DNA from: an uncultured Candidatus Entotheonella sp.
GTDB lineage: Bacteria > Tectomicrobia > Entotheonellia > Entotheonellales > Entotheonellaceae
Length of the DNA: 64,000 nt
Assembly: GCA_965215335.1 (NCBI GenBank)
Contig: CBDCDA010000002.1
Location: 128,001-192,000 of the forward strand
Direction: 5' to 3'
Positions within the stretch are counted from its first letter, which is position 1. Each line of letters begins with the position of its first letter. Position numbers and translations under genes: made by a program. Positions 32,367 through 42,769 of this stretch are shown one piece after another. Under the pieces are notes generated by a model that searched no databases, was not told where the DNA came from, and worked only from the letters and a program-made list of their open reading frames with translations.

Positions 32367-32404
32367 CCAAGGCCCGGTGGGGAAATTTCTCCATCGGGCC
32401 TTGG
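32367..32404 (+). terminator. 17-bp stem-loop after clpC
   Basis: CCAAGGCCCGGTGGGGA-aatt-TCTCCATCGGGCCTTGG (2 G-U pairs), weak U-tail. Confidence 0.5.
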
Positions 32405-32475
32405 TGTGTCTGGAGGAATGCAAGACATTGGAGTTGCGCAGGGGCTCGGCTGATGGTGGCGGGAGAAGGCGGTTC

Positions 32476-34734
32476 ATGGCGCGGCAAGGGCGGTTCAGCC
32501 TGATCGTGTTGCTGTCAAGCATGCTATTGCCCGTCTGGAACGTAGCGGCGCAAATCGGACCGGGTGCCATCGTCCGTGACATCGAGATTCGTGGCAATCG
32601 TCTGACCCAAGAATCCACCATCCGATTCTACCTGGAAACGGAGGAGGGCAAGGCCTACGTTCCCCGGACCCTGAGCGAAGACATCAAGCGGTTGTATGCC
32701 CTGGAGACTTTCGACGATATCCGGGTAACGGCGGAAGAAGTCGAAGACGGCATGCGCCTGATCATCGCAGTCACCGAAAAACCCACCGTGCGCCGTGTAA
32801 CCTACTCGGGCAATCGGGCGATTCCAGAGGAGGATATCGACGAGCGTATCCAACTCAAGGAACGTTCGACTTTCGACCGGGGTCTCCTCAACGACACGGC
32901 CACCGGTATACAAAATCATTACCGTGAATCCGGTTATTATTTCGCGCACGTGCGTCCGGAGGTCGTACCGGTAGCCGATAATCAGGTCGATATCGAGTTG
33001 GTCATCACCGAGGGCAGGCGAATCCGCATCCACAGGATTCAGTTCACCGGCAACACATATTTCACCGACAACCAATTGCGCAAGGAAGTCCAGCTCAAGG
33101 AATACACACTGCCGATTGTGAGCGGTTCGGCGTCGCTCTACCGGCCCGAGGTGCTGCGGGTCGATCTCCAGCTTCTGGAACAGTTATACCAGAACAACGG
33201 CTTCGTGAACGTGCAGATTGGCGAGCCCGTTGTCGAGATCAACCGGGAAGCCGGCGCCATCGCCGTTACCGTGCCCATTGCACGGGAGGGCGAGCAGTAT
33301 AAGGTCGGTATCGTCACCCTCACCGGCAGCGAGGTGTTTAGCTCGGAGGATCTGCGTGGCCTCGTTCGCATAACCAGCGGCGAAATCTACAGCCGCGAGA
33401 CGGTGAGGCGCGATATTCTCACCCTGACGGAGGCATACGCCGACAAGGGCTACGCCTTTGCCGACATCGTCCCAACGGTCTCCCTCGACCAACAGACCCG
33501 TCTGGTCAATCTCGGCTTTACGACCCGTCCTGGACCCAGGGTTTATATCGGACGGATCGATATCATCGGCAACGAACGCACCCAGGATCGGGTCATTCGC
33601 CGCGAATTGCGGCTCGACGAAGGGGATCTGTACAGCGGCAGCAAGCTGCGTCGATCGCGCCAGCGACTCAATAACCTGCAGTATTTCGAAGAAGTCAACA
33701 TCGACACCAGGGCCCGTGCGGAGGGGGACCTGCTCGACCTTGAGGTGCAGCTGCGAGAGCGCTCAACCGGACAATTCAGCGCCGGGCTTGGATTCAGTTC
33801 GGTTGAAAACGTCATCTTCACGGCTTCCGTGGTGCAGAACAATCTCTTCGGCCGCGGCCAGTCAGTGAGCGCGAATGCGCATATCGGCGGCATCTCGCAG
33901 GACTTTTCCCTTTCCTTCCGTGAGCCATGGCTTTATGGTTGGCCCATCAGCCTGGGAGCCAGCATCTTTAACCGTGCGGAGGATTTTCAGACTTTCGACG
34001 TGAACCGCACGGGTGCCAGTCTGAGTCTCGGGCGCGCGATCGGCGAATTCGCCCGCATTTCGGCCGCTTACCGATACGAGGTACTCGACATCAGCAACCT
34101 GAGCCCTGGCGCTTCCGGACGGCTCCAGCAGTCGGAGGGCAAATCGACAACCAGCAGTGTCACCCCGAGCATCGTGCGGGATTCGCGCGACAACGTGTTC
34201 AACCCGTCGGAAGGCTCGGTCAATTCGTTTGAGATCCAGCTGGCGGGCTTGGGCGGCGACAATCGCTATTACAAGGCGATCGGCAATTCCACCTGGTATT
34301 TCGCGCTTCCTGCCGAAATGACGGGTTTCGTGCGCGGCCGGTTCGGCTTCGGCGATGGCTTTGGCGGCAACGATTTGCCGCTCCCGGAGCTGTTTTTTCT
34401 CGGCGGCGTCACGACCATACGCGGCTTTGAATTCCGCGATATAGGGCCGGAGGACGATGACGGCAATCCTTTGGGCGGGACGTCCTTCGTGCAGTTCAAT
34501 ATCGAGATTGGCAGGAGCCTTGGTGCCTTGTTGAGGTTGGTCGCGTTCGTTGACGTGGGTAACGTGTACGGACCAGATAATGACTTCGACATAGGCAGTC
34601 TGCGACGTAGTGCCGGGCTCGGCGTCCGCATCGTAACGCCGATAGGACCGATTCGCCTGGACTATGGTTTCAAGCTGGACAAGAAACCGGGTGAATCGTC
34701 CGGCAGACTGGGCTTCCTCTTGGGCACCTTTTAA
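32476..34734 (+). CDS. bamA: Outer membrane protein assembly factor BamA
   Basis: Signal peptide, POTRA repeats (GNERTQDRVIRRE), IRGF loop-6 motif, TPIGPIRLDYG, C-terminal Phe; start uncertain. Confidence 0.95.
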   Translation: MARQGRFSLIVLLSSMLLPVWNVAAQIGPGAIVRDIEIRGNRLTQESTIRFYLETEEGKAYVPRTLSEDIKRLYALETFDDIRVTAEEVEDGMRLIIAVTEKPTVRRVTYSGNRAIPEEDIDERIQLKERSTFDRGLLNDTATGIQNHYRESGYYFAHVRPEVVPVADNQVDIELVITEGRRIRIHRIQFTGNTYFTDNQLRKEVQLKEYTLPIVSGSASLYRPEVLRVDLQLLEQLYQNNGFVNVQIGEPVVEINREAGAIAVTVPIAREGEQYKVGIVTLTGSEVFSSEDLRGLVRITSGEIYSRETVRRDILTLTEAYADKGYAFADIVPTVSLDQQTRLVNLGFTTRPGPRVYIGRIDIIGNERTQDRVIRRELRLDEGDLYSGSKLRRSRQRLNNLQYFEEVNIDTRARAEGDLLDLEVQLRERSTGQFSAGLGFSSVENVIFTASVVQNNLFGRGQSVSANAHIGGISQDFSLSFREPWLYGWPISLGASIFNRAEDFQTFDVNRTGASLSLGRAIGEFARISAAYRYEVLDISNLSPGASGRLQQSEGKSTTSSVTPSIVRDSRDNVFNPSEGSVNSFEIQLAGLGGDNRYYKAIGNSTWYFALPAEMTGFVRGRFGFGDGFGGNDLPLPELFFLGGVTTIRGFEFRDIGPEDDDGNPLGGTSFVQFNIEIGRSLGALLRLVAFVDVGNVYGPDNDFDIGSLRRSAGLGVRIVTPIGPIRLDYGFKLDKKPGESSGRLGFLLGTF

Positions 34735-34773
34735 GGCGCAGGGCAATAAAGCTTCAACCTGGCAGGGAAAGGA

Positions 34774-35379
34774 GTGCAGATGACGCGTCCATGGAGTTTG
34801 AAAAGCCCGGGACTCCTGATGTTGGCGTTCGCTGTGGGCTTGGGCTGGGCTGGCACGGTTCAGGCGCAGGGCGTCAAGAAGGTGGGAGTGGTCGATTTAC
34901 AAACGGTGCTGGATAGCTCGGTGCGCGGCAAGGCCGCAAAGGAGCGCCTGAAGGAACTCGGCGACCAGTTGCAGCGCGAGATTCAGGCCAAGCGCGAATT
35001 TAAGGAGCGCAAGGAGGAGGAGCTGCAAAATCTTCGCAGCGAGATTCAAAGACAGGGTCTCGTGCTCAGTGAGCAGGCGCGCATGGCGAAGGAAGAGGAA
35101 TTCCGCAAGAGCATCCGGGAATTGAAGCGCTTTATCGACGACACCAATAATTTCATCGACGACGCCACACAGGAATTCCGCGAGAAGGAGGTGCGCGAAA
35201 CCCAATTGCTGCTCGTCGCCATTCGGGACGTCGTGCGCGAGGTCGGGGGGCGCGGCCAATACTCCCTGATCCTGGAGGGTAACGACAGCGCTGCGCTCGT
35301 TCTCTACGTGGATGCCACCGTTGACCTTACCGAAGAGGTCATTCAGTTGTTTGATCAGGCGTCGGGCGAGGCCGAGTAG
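34774..35379 (+). CDS. skp: OmpH/Skp periplasmic chaperone
   Basis: Signal peptide, KVGVVDLQ, long coiled coil, DLTEEVI. Confidence 0.9.
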   Translation: MQMTRPWSLKSPGLLMLAFAVGLGWAGTVQAQGVKKVGVVDLQTVLDSSVRGKAAKERLKELGDQLQREIQAKREFKERKEEELQNLRSEIQRQGLVLSEQARMAKEEEFRKSIRELKRFIDDTNNFIDDATQEFREKEVRETQLLLVAIRDVVREVGGRGQYSLILEGNDSAALVLYVDATVDLTEEVIQLFDQASGEAE

Positions 35380-35396
35380 CCTGCGAGGGGAGGGTC

Positions 35397-36434
35397 ATGC
35401 GCACGACGCTGGCCGAGTTGGCGCAGTTGCTCGAAGCTGAGATTGTCGGGGACGGGCTGACGACAATCCGCGGCATCGCGCCCCTCGAGGAAGCAAGGGC
35501 TGGTGATCTGGCCTTCGTGGCGGACAACGGCAACGCCCCGGGTCGTCTGGCCGCATCGCAGGCCAGCGCAGTTCTCGTCGCGCCGGACATGCCGGTGGAC
35601 CGGTCCGCTCTTCGCGTGCCCGATCCGTATCTCGGACTTATCCGCCTGATGGAAACATACTTCCCGCAGCAACATCCGGCCTGGGGTGTCGACCAGCGTG
35701 CCGTGCTGGCGCCGGACGTTGTGGTGGGCCAGCGCGTGAGCGTTGGGCCGTACGTGGTGATCGGCGAAGGTGCCCGGCTGGAGGACGGCGTCGTTATCTA
35801 TCCCGGAACCTACATTGGACCTGGATGCCATATTGGACCGGAATGCGTCTTGTATGCCAACGTAAGCCTCTACCCTCGGGTGACCCTGGGGCGTGGCGTG
35901 GTCATTCACAGCGGTGCGGTCATTGGCGCGGATGGCTTTGGGTACCGCCGCTTGGCCGACGGAGGCTACCGTAAAATCCCGCAGGTTGGTGGCGTCCTTG
36001 TTGGCGATGGCGTAGAGATCGGCGCCAATACGTGTATCGACCGCGCCACCCTCGGCAACACGGTCGTTGAGGCCGAGGCGAAGCTTGACAACCTCGTGCA
36101 GGTTGGCCACAACAGCGTGGTGGGAGCTTATACCGTCATGGCCGGGCAGGCAGGGGTATCAGGAAGCGTACGAATAGGCGCCAGGGTGCGCATGGGCGGG
36201 CAGGCCGGCATCGCTGATCACGTAACTGTCGGCGATAAGGCGGCCATCGCCGCGCAAGCCGGCGTGGCGACCGACGTGACGCCCGGCACCACGGTGTTCG
36301 GTTCGCCGGCAGTTCCCTCAACCCTCGCCAAGCGGGCGCACTTCTATGGACTGAAGCTCGGAGAATTGTTTCAACGTGTCAAGCGACTGCAGCGGCGCCT
36401 CGAGGCACTCGAGAGCCGAGATGAGGGAAAGTGA
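35397..36434 (+). CDS. lpxD: UDP-3-O-acylglucosamine N-acyltransferase
   Basis: Hexapeptide repeats, [25 protein letters not shown]. Confidence 0.96.
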   Translation: MRTTLAELAQLLEAEIVGDGLTTIRGIAPLEEARAGDLAFVADNGNAPGRLAASQASAVLVAPDMPVDRSALRVPDPYLGLIRLMETYFPQQHPAWGVDQRAVLAPDVVVGQRVSVGPYVVIGEGARLEDGVVIYPGTYIGPGCHIGPECVLYANVSLYPRVTLGRGVVIHSGAVIGADGFGYRRLADGGYRKIPQVGGVLVGDGVEIGANTCIDRATLGNTVVEAEAKLDNLVQVGHNSVVGAYTVMAGQAGVSGSVRIGARVRMGGQAGIADHVTVGDKAAIAAQAGVATDVTPGTTVFGSPAVPSTLAKRAHFYGLKLGELFQRVKRLQRRLEALESRDEGK

Positions 36435-36898
36435 TGTCGCTGGGCCCGGAAGATATCTTGGCGTTGTTGCCGCATCGGTACCCTTTTATCCTGGTGGACC
36501 GCATTCGGGAAATCAAACCGAGCCAATACGCCATCGGGGTCAAGAACGTCAGCCTCAATGAGCCGTTCTTTCAGGGGCATTTCCCGCATTATCGAGTGAT
36601 GCCCGGCGTGCTTATTGTTGAGGCCATGGCGCAAGTTGCCGGTGTCCTCGTCGGCTATTCGAAGCCGCAGGCGGTTACCAGCACCTGTCTGCCGTTGCTC
36701 GCGGGTGTCGACCAGTGTCGATTCAGGCGTCAGGTTGTCCCGGGGGATCAACTCGTCATGCGCCTTGAGGTGGTTCGACGACACGGCCTACTCTGGCGTG
36801 TCGCGGGTCAGGCCCGTGTGGACGGCGAGCTGGCGACACAGGCCCAACTGCTGGTGCTTCTCGGCGACAAACCTGATTCCAAAGAAGATGCCCGGTAA
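36434..36898 (+). CDS. fabZ: 3-hydroxyacyl-ACP dehydratase
   Basis: [31 protein letters not shown]. Confidence 0.96.
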   Translation: MSLGPEDILALLPHRYPFILVDRIREIKPSQYAIGVKNVSLNEPFFQGHFPHYRVMPGVLIVEAMAQVAGVLVGYSKPQAVTSTCLPLLAGVDQCRFRRQVVPGDQLVMRLEVVRRHGLLWRVAGQARVDGELATQAQLLVLLGDKPDSKEDAR

Positions 36899-37728
36899 TG
36901 CGGATCGATTCGCGGGCGATCGTCGACCCGAGCGCCAACGTGGCAGACGATGTCGTCATTGGCCCCTTCAGCATCATCCAGGCGGGCGTCACCATCGGTG
37001 CCAATACCAGGATTGGTTCCCATGTCGTTGTCGAGTCAGGCACCACCGTCGGCGCGCGGTGCCGCATCGGCAGTGGCGCCAAGCTGGGTGGTGCCCCCCA
37101 GGACATGAGCTATGAGGGCGGGACGAGTTACCTGAACATCGGTGATGCGTGCGACATTCGTGAACTGGCCGTCATCCAACGCGGCGCCACCACGGGTGGC
37201 TGCACGAAAATCGGCTCGCACAACTTCATCATGTCGCAGGCCCACATCGCGCACGACTGCGTTCTCGGCGATCACGTCATCGTGGCCAGCCTGACGGCCT
37301 TGGCGGGTTACGTCGAGGTCGAAGATTGGGCGACGGTGGGAGGTGTAACCGGCGTGCATCAATTCGTACGCATCGGCACGCACAGCATGATAGGGGGCGC
37401 CTCGCGTCTGATTCAGGACGCGCCGCCCTACATGCGCACCGTGGGCAATCCGGCGATGGTGCGTGGCGTGAACACCATCGGCCTGAAGCGGTCGGGGTTT
37501 ATACCGAAACAGCGCAAGGAACTCAAGGACGTCTACCGCCTGCTCTACCGCTCGGATTTGAATATCTCCCAAGTTCTTGATACATTACGGTGCCAGCCGC
37601 ACCCTAGTGTGCCAGTTGCTCACTTGTTGCGCTTCATTGAACGGTCCAAACGGGGCCTCTGCTCGTCGCCTCACAAGTCGTCCAGCCGTGATACGGAAGG
37701 TGAAGGGGAAAAATGGGACGAAAACTGA
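36898..37728 (+). CDS. lpxA: Acyl-ACP--UDP-N-acetylglucosamine acyltransferase
   Basis: Hexapeptide repeats, AHIAHDC (catalytic His), GVHQF, GVNTIGLKR. Confidence 0.93.
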   Translation: MRIDSRAIVDPSANVADDVVIGPFSIIQAGVTIGANTRIGSHVVVESGTTVGARCRIGSGAKLGGAPQDMSYEGGTSYLNIGDACDIRELAVIQRGATTGGCTKIGSHNFIMSQAHIAHDCVLGDHVIVASLTALAGYVEVEDWATVGGVTGVHQFVRIGTHSMIGGASRLIQDAPPYMRTVGNPAMVRGVNTIGLKRSGFIPKQRKELKDVYRLLYRSDLNISQVLDTLRCQPHPSVPVAHLLRFIERSKRGLCSSPHKSSSRDTEGEGEKWDEN

Positions 37729-38681
37729 GAGTTGGCGTTGTCGGTGTCGGGCACATGGGGCGGTATCACGTGGGGCTTTACAGCGAATTGTCCGATGTCG
37801 ATCTGGTAGGCGTCGCCGACATCAACCACGGCCGCGCGCATACTACCGCTCAACAATACGACACCACCGCCTATACCAATTACCACGACCTGATTGACAA
37901 GGTGGACGCCGTCAGCATCGCCGTCCCGACCTCCTTGCACTACCCCGTTGCCAGAGACTTTCTGGAGGCAGGCGTGCACGTCCTCCTCGAAAAACCCATT
38001 ACCCACACCATGGACGAAGCCCGCGACCTGTTCGACCTGGCTGACTCCGGGAATATGGTCCTGCACGTCGGGCACGTCGAACGTTTTAACGGCGCGGTGC
38101 AGGAGCTGAAAAAGATCGTCCACGAACCCTTGGTGATCGAAAGCCGCCGGCTGGGTCCTTTCGTTCCGCGCATCAAGGATGACGGGGTGATTCTGGACGT
38201 CATGATTCACGATATTGACATCATCCTGGGACTCGTTCCTTCCCCCATTCAGCGCATACAGGCCCTGGGCCGGTCGGTATATACCGGCAAGGAGGATCTG
38301 GCCAATGTACAGATCTGCTTCCAGAACGGCTGTATCGCCACCCTCCTTGCCTCCCGGGCCACCGAGGTCAAGGTTCGTACCATGGCGATCACGCAGCCCA
38401 ATGCCTATATCGTGCTGGATTACACCGATCAGGACATTCGTGTGCATCGTCAGGCCACCTCGGAACACATCGTTACGCGCGGCACGTTGCGATACAAGCA
38501 GGAGTCTTTCATCGAGCGCATCTTCGTGCATAAAGACAATCCCCTCAAGCTGGAAATCAAGAACTTCATCGACAGCACTGTCCATCAAGTCCGACGGGTG
38601 CCTACCGTGGCCGAGGAACTGCACTCGCTGCAGGTAGCCCTGCAAGTCCTCGAAATCCTGGAAAAAGACGGTATGTTCTGA
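37713..38681 (+). CDS. Gfo/Idh/MocA oxidoreductase, GnnA-like (UDP-GlcNAc 3-dehydrogenase candidate)
   Basis: GVGHMG Rossmann fold, EKP, GHVERFN, DVMIHDID; sits between lpxA and lpxI/lpxB. Confidence 0.8.
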   Translation: MGRKLRVGVVGVGHMGRYHVGLYSELSDVDLVGVADINHGRAHTTAQQYDTTAYTNYHDLIDKVDAVSIAVPTSLHYPVARDFLEAGVHVLLEKPITHTMDEARDLFDLADSGNMVLHVGHVERFNGAVQELKKIVHEPLVIESRRLGPFVPRIKDDGVILDVMIHDIDIILGLVPSPIQRIQALGRSVYTGKEDLANVQICFQNGCIATLLASRATEVKVRTMAITQPNAYIVLDYTDQDIRVHRQATSEHIVTRGTLRYKQESFIERIFVHKDNPLKLEIKNFIDSTVHQVRRVPTVAEELHSLQVALQVLEILEKDGMF

Positions 38682-38726
38682 GCCTGCGCGGTTGCTGCAT
38701 GACAATGGCGGAGGAGGAGAACAGCC

Positions 38727-39599
38727 ATGGCCGAAGATGGCGCACACCGCCTCGTTTCGGGTGCCGCGTGTGGTTCCGATACATCGTCGCTCGGCATGAT
38801 TGCCGGTGCTGGCGATATTCCGCTCCTCATCGCACGTCAAGCCAGACGCGAAGATCGCCCCTTGCCCACCATCGCGCTCTCGCCGCAAATTGCCGCCGAT
38901 CTGGCGCCGTATTGTCCGATCCTGTCCCAGCACGGCCCCGGTCAACTCAGCAAAATTATCCGTACCTTGCGGCATTATGAAGTACGCCGAGTCGTCATGG
39001 TCGGCAAGGTGGAGAAACGCTTTCTCTTCCAGGCACCGCGTCTGGACCTGCGAACCCTGCGCCGCCTCGGTCAGTTGCCGGATTACCGGGATGTCACCAT
39101 GCTGGAGGCCCTTGCGACTGAGTTCGCCAAGGAAGACCTGCAGGTGGTCGAACAGACATGCCTGCTGGGGCACTTGCTGACGCCGGAGGGGGTGTTTGGC
39201 AGACACCAGCCGGACAGCCGGGGCTGGGAGGATATTGGCTACGGCTTTGCGCAGGCCAAGCAGCTTGCCTCGATGGATATCGGGCAAACGGTTGTGATTC
39301 GCCGCCGTACGATTCTCGCCGTGGAGGCGCTGGAGGGCACGGACGCTGCAATCCGGCGCGGCTGTGCGTATGGGCGCCGCGGTGCTGTGGTGGTGAAGGT
39401 CAATCGACGGCAGCAGGACATGCGCTTTGATGTGCCCGTTGTCGGGCCGCACACCCTGGCAGCAGCGGTGGAAGGCCGGGCGAGCGTGCTGGCGGTGGAG
39501 GCGGGAACGACCGTTATGCCGTACCTCCCGGAGTTGATAGCGACGGCCAACGCCAGTCGCCTGGCGTTGGTCGGGGTCACGCCGGCACTGCTGCAATAA
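38727..39599 (+). CDS. lpxI: UDP-2,3-diacylglucosamine diphosphatase LpxI
   Basis: GMIAGAGDIP, DIGQTVV, AVEALEGTD, QDMRFDVPVVG. Confidence 0.92.
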   Translation: MAEDGAHRLVSGAACGSDTSSLGMIAGAGDIPLLIARQARREDRPLPTIALSPQIAADLAPYCPILSQHGPGQLSKIIRTLRHYEVRRVVMVGKVEKRFLFQAPRLDLRTLRRLGQLPDYRDVTMLEALATEFAKEDLQVVEQTCLLGHLLTPEGVFGRHQPDSRGWEDIGYGFAQAKQLASMDIGQTVVIRRRTILAVEALEGTDAAIRRGCAYGRRGAVVVKVNRRQQDMRFDVPVVGPHTLAAAVEGRASVLAVEAGTTVMPYLPELIATANASRLALVGVTPALLQ

Positions 39600-39616
39600 T
39601 ACGGCGGGAGAGCGTT

Positions 39617-40801
39617 ATGGCCAGTTACACGCAGGACGCGCCGCTTCTCGTCATTGCGGGCGAAACATCGGGCGATCAGCACGGCGCGGCAATGATCTGT
39701 CTCTTGAGAGAGGCCTTCCCGGACCTGCCGATCTTCGGAGTGGGCGGTGAGCACATGCGCGCGGCCGGTGTGGAGACGCTGTTCGACATCGAGGCGCTGA
39801 ACGTCGTGGGCCTCGTCGAAGTGCTCGCGAAGGTTCCCTCAAGCCTGTTGATGGCGCGCCATCTTCTACGGGCCGCTCGTGAGCGCGGCGTTCGTGTGGT
39901 GGTGCTGATCGACTCGCCGGGCTTTAATCTGCCCTTTGCCCGCTGGGCCAAACAGGCAGGTTTGCAGGTTGTCTGTTACGTCAGCCCGCAGATTTGGGCT
40001 TGGCGGCAGAACCGTGTCCACAAGGTGGCGCGCCGCGTGGACAAGATGCTGACGCTGTTCCCGTTCGAGGTGCCGTTCTACGCCGCCGCCGGGGTCGACG
40101 CCGAATACGTCGGGCACCCGCTCCTCGATTGTCTGCCCGGCCTGCCGGAGCACGGCCAGGCTGCCCAGACACTGGGATTAGACGCGCAGCGGCCCATCGT
40201 CGCCCTGCTCCCTGGCAGCCGTCGTCGGGAAGTGGAACTCTTGCTGGAACCCATGCTCGCGGCGCTGAGCCTGATCCGACGCGAGCTGCCCGAGGTGCAG
40301 GGTGTCCTGCCGGTGGCACCGGCCGTGTCGACCACGGTGCGGCAGGTTGTATCCGGGTTTTCCGGCGCGCTTGCGGTGGTCAGCCAGCAGAGTCTGACGG
40401 CGTTATGCGCGGCCGACTTCGCAATCGTTGCTTCCGGCACAGCGACCCTGGAAGCCGGTCTTGTCGGCACCCCCATGGTGATCGTCTACCGCGTCAACCA
40501 CCTCACCGCATGGCTGGCCAAGCGGCTGCTGCGGGTTCCCCGCATCGGACTGATCAACATTGTCGCCGGGCGTCAGGTCGTTCCCGAACTGTTACAGAAA
40601 GCGGTATCTCCGCACACCATGGCCGCCGTGGCCTTGAGCGTCCTGCGAGACCCTGCCGAAGCCCGGCGGATCAGGAGGGAGCTAACGGCACTACGCGCAA
40701 CGCTGGGCGAAGGCGGCAGCAGCCGACGAGCGGCCGCAAGCGTCGGCGCGGCCCTGCGCCAGGCGCGCGGCAGACACACGGACGTTCGGGTGCCCGAATG
40801 A
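39617..40801 (+). CDS. lpxB: Lipid-A-disaccharide synthase
   Basis: AGETSGD, IDSPGFN, YVSPQIWAWR, LLPGSR, ASGTATLE. Confidence 0.96.
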   Translation: MASYTQDAPLLVIAGETSGDQHGAAMICLLREAFPDLPIFGVGGEHMRAAGVETLFDIEALNVVGLVEVLAKVPSSLLMARHLLRAARERGVRVVVLIDSPGFNLPFARWAKQAGLQVVCYVSPQIWAWRQNRVHKVARRVDKMLTLFPFEVPFYAAAGVDAEYVGHPLLDCLPGLPEHGQAAQTLGLDAQRPIVALLPGSRRREVELLLEPMLAALSLIRRELPEVQGVLPVAPAVSTTVRQVVSGFSGALAVVSQQSLTALCAADFAIVASGTATLEAGLVGTPMVIVYRVNHLTAWLAKRLLRVPRIGLINIVAGRQVVPELLQKAVSPHTMAAVALSVLRDPAEARRIRRELTALRATLGEGGSSRRAAASVGAALRQARGRHTDVRVPE

Positions 40802-41478
40802 AATCGTCTGGGGTGTTGCTGAATTCGTCCCCCGCGGCCAGGCGTGCCGTTGTACGGCTCCTCAGCTGGCTGTTGCGCGGCTTCTTTGTAACGCTACGCC
40901 CCGAGTACGTTCAGCGGCATGTCGAGCAGCAGGCGCAGGGCACCCCGACGCCGGTCCTGTTCGCCTTCTGGCATGGGCGCATGCTGTATTTCCTGAAACT
41001 GTACGAGTACCTCGGATCACGGGTTACGATTCTCGTCAGCCATAGTAGCGACGGCGAATTGGTGACGCAACTGTTGTCGAGCTTTGGTCTGCCGACGACC
41101 CGCGGCTCCACCAGCCGAGGCGGTGCTCGCGGGCTCTTGGCCGTCGTGAACAAAGTGCGAAGCGGCATCCACGCCGGCTTTACCCCGGACGGGCCGCGCG
41201 GCCCGCGTTACCAGGTGCAACCCGGCTTGGTCCTGGTGGCCAAACGGACCGGCGCTCCCATTTTGCCGATGACCTTCGGCGCCCGGTGGAAACGGGTGCT
41301 GGCGAGCTGGGACGCCTTTCTGCTGCCCTTGCCTTTCAGCCGTATCGTGGTGGTTTACGGTGAACCGATCTACGTACCGGCCGACGCCTCCGCCGCCGCC
41401 CTGGAGGCCAAGCGCCGGGAGGTCGAGACCAGCCTGCGGCGCATCACGGAAACAGCCGACAATTACTTCACAGCCTGA
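40798..41478 (+). CDS. DUF374 acyltransferase (LpxJ-like lipid A late acyltransferase)
   Basis: FAFWHGR, SHSSDGE, RGSTSRGG, TPDGPRGPR, SWDAFLLPLPF; ATG 40798 overlaps the lpxB stop. Confidence 0.85.
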   Translation: MKSSGVLLNSSPAARRAVVRLLSWLLRGFFVTLRPEYVQRHVEQQAQGTPTPVLFAFWHGRMLYFLKLYEYLGSRVTILVSHSSDGELVTQLLSSFGLPTTRGSTSRGGARGLLAVVNKVRSGIHAGFTPDGPRGPRYQVQPGLVLVAKRTGAPILPMTFGARWKRVLASWDAFLLPLPFSRIVVVYGEPIYVPADASAAALEAKRREVETSLRRITETADNYFTA

Positions 41479-42756
41479 ATGTCTGTCCTCTATACCCTTC
41501 TCCTCATCGGTGCCGGGGTCGCCTCGTTGCCGTACCTTCTGTGGCGCTGCCTGCGTGGTGCGACCTACTTGCAGGGCCTGGCTGAACGCTTTGGCGGCGT
41601 TTCCTTTCCGCAAGGAGAGCCGGCGGGGTGCCTCTGGTTTCACGCGGCGTCCGTAGGCGAAGTGCAGGGATTGCAACCAATCATTGCCGCCTTGCGCGAT
41701 CGTTTTCCGTCACGACCCGTGGTGCTCTCCACGTTCACCCCCGCCGGTAAGGCCCTGGCGCAGAAAGTGGTTCCGCAGGCTGCGCGAGTGTTCCTGTTGC
41801 CGTTTGATTTACCCTGGACCGTTGGCAAGATGGTGCGGCGCCTGCGTCCCGGGGCCCTGATCGTGCAGGAGACGGAGTTGTGGCCGAATCTGTTTCGCGA
41901 ACTGGGGCGCCTGCACGTACCCATTGTGCTGGTGAACGGGCGTCTTGCGCCACGCTCTTTTCGGAGATACGACCAGGTTCGCCCGTTCATGCGCCGTGTG
42001 CTGGCCCATGTGTCGCTGATCCTGGCGCAGTCCGACAGCAGTGCGCGGCGGTTTCATCGCCTCGGGGCGCCCGTGCACAAGGTTCAGATAGTGGGGAACA
42101 CCAACATTGACCGGGCGTTGAGGCAGGCCGAACAGCCCACGCCGCCACACCCCATGACATCCCTTCTGGCGAACAGGCAGGTGTTGGTGGCCGGCAGCAC
42201 GCACGAAGGCGAGGAGGCGGTCCTGCTGTCGGTATACCAGCGTTTGCGCGCCCAGCACCCCGACCTCTGCCTGGTTCTGGCGCCTCGTCATCTCGAACGG
42301 GTCGAAACCGTTGCGCGGCACGTGCAAGCCTGCCATTTGTCCACCATCCGACGGTCCCGGTATCCCGGCGAATCCAGCTTTCGGCCTGCCGTGGTCATTC
42401 TCGACACCCTGGGCGAACTTGTCGCTTTCTACAAGCTGTGTACCGTGGCCTTCGTCGGCGGTAGCCTGGCGCCCGTCGGCGGGCACAACATCCTGGAGCC
42501 AGTCATGTTCGCCAAGCCCTTGCTGTTCGGCCCGCACATGCATCACTTTCCGGAGTTGACGGGCCTGTTGCGCGACGCCGACGGCGCCATCCAGGTACGT
42601 GATGGCGCCGACTTGTACACGCATACAGCGCATCTGCTGGCGAATCCAGCCGAAGCCGCTGCCATGGGCCAACGCGCGATCCGGATCCTCGGTGCCAACC
42701 GTGGGGCTCTGCAGCGTACCTGCGAGGCGGTTGTCGCCGTGCTTGAAAGCACGTAG
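41479..42756 (+). CDS. waaA: Kdo transferase
   Basis: WFHAASVGE, ETELWPN, AGSTHEGEE, APRHLER, DTLGEL, FVGGSL..GGHNILEP. Confidence 0.96.
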   Translation: MSVLYTLLLIGAGVASLPYLLWRCLRGATYLQGLAERFGGVSFPQGEPAGCLWFHAASVGEVQGLQPIIAALRDRFPSRPVVLSTFTPAGKALAQKVVPQAARVFLLPFDLPWTVGKMVRRLRPGALIVQETELWPNLFRELGRLHVPIVLVNGRLAPRSFRRYDQVRPFMRRVLAHVSLILAQSDSSARRFHRLGAPVHKVQIVGNTNIDRALRQAEQPTPPHPMTSLLANRQVLVAGSTHEGEEAVLLSVYQRLRAQHPDLCLVLAPRHLERVETVARHVQACHLSTIRRSRYPGESSFRPAVVILDTLGELVAFYKLCTVAFVGGSLAPVGGHNILEPVMFAKPLLFGPHMHHFPELTGLLRDADGAIQVRDGADLYTHTAHLLANPAEAAAMGQRAIRILGANRGALQRTCEAVVAVLEST

Positions 42757-42769
42757 GGTCTGACTGTGT

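Noticed and set aside
39994..40797. N-terminal extension of the DUF374 ORF
   Set aside because: Off-frame overlap with lpxB; the likely start is 40798.
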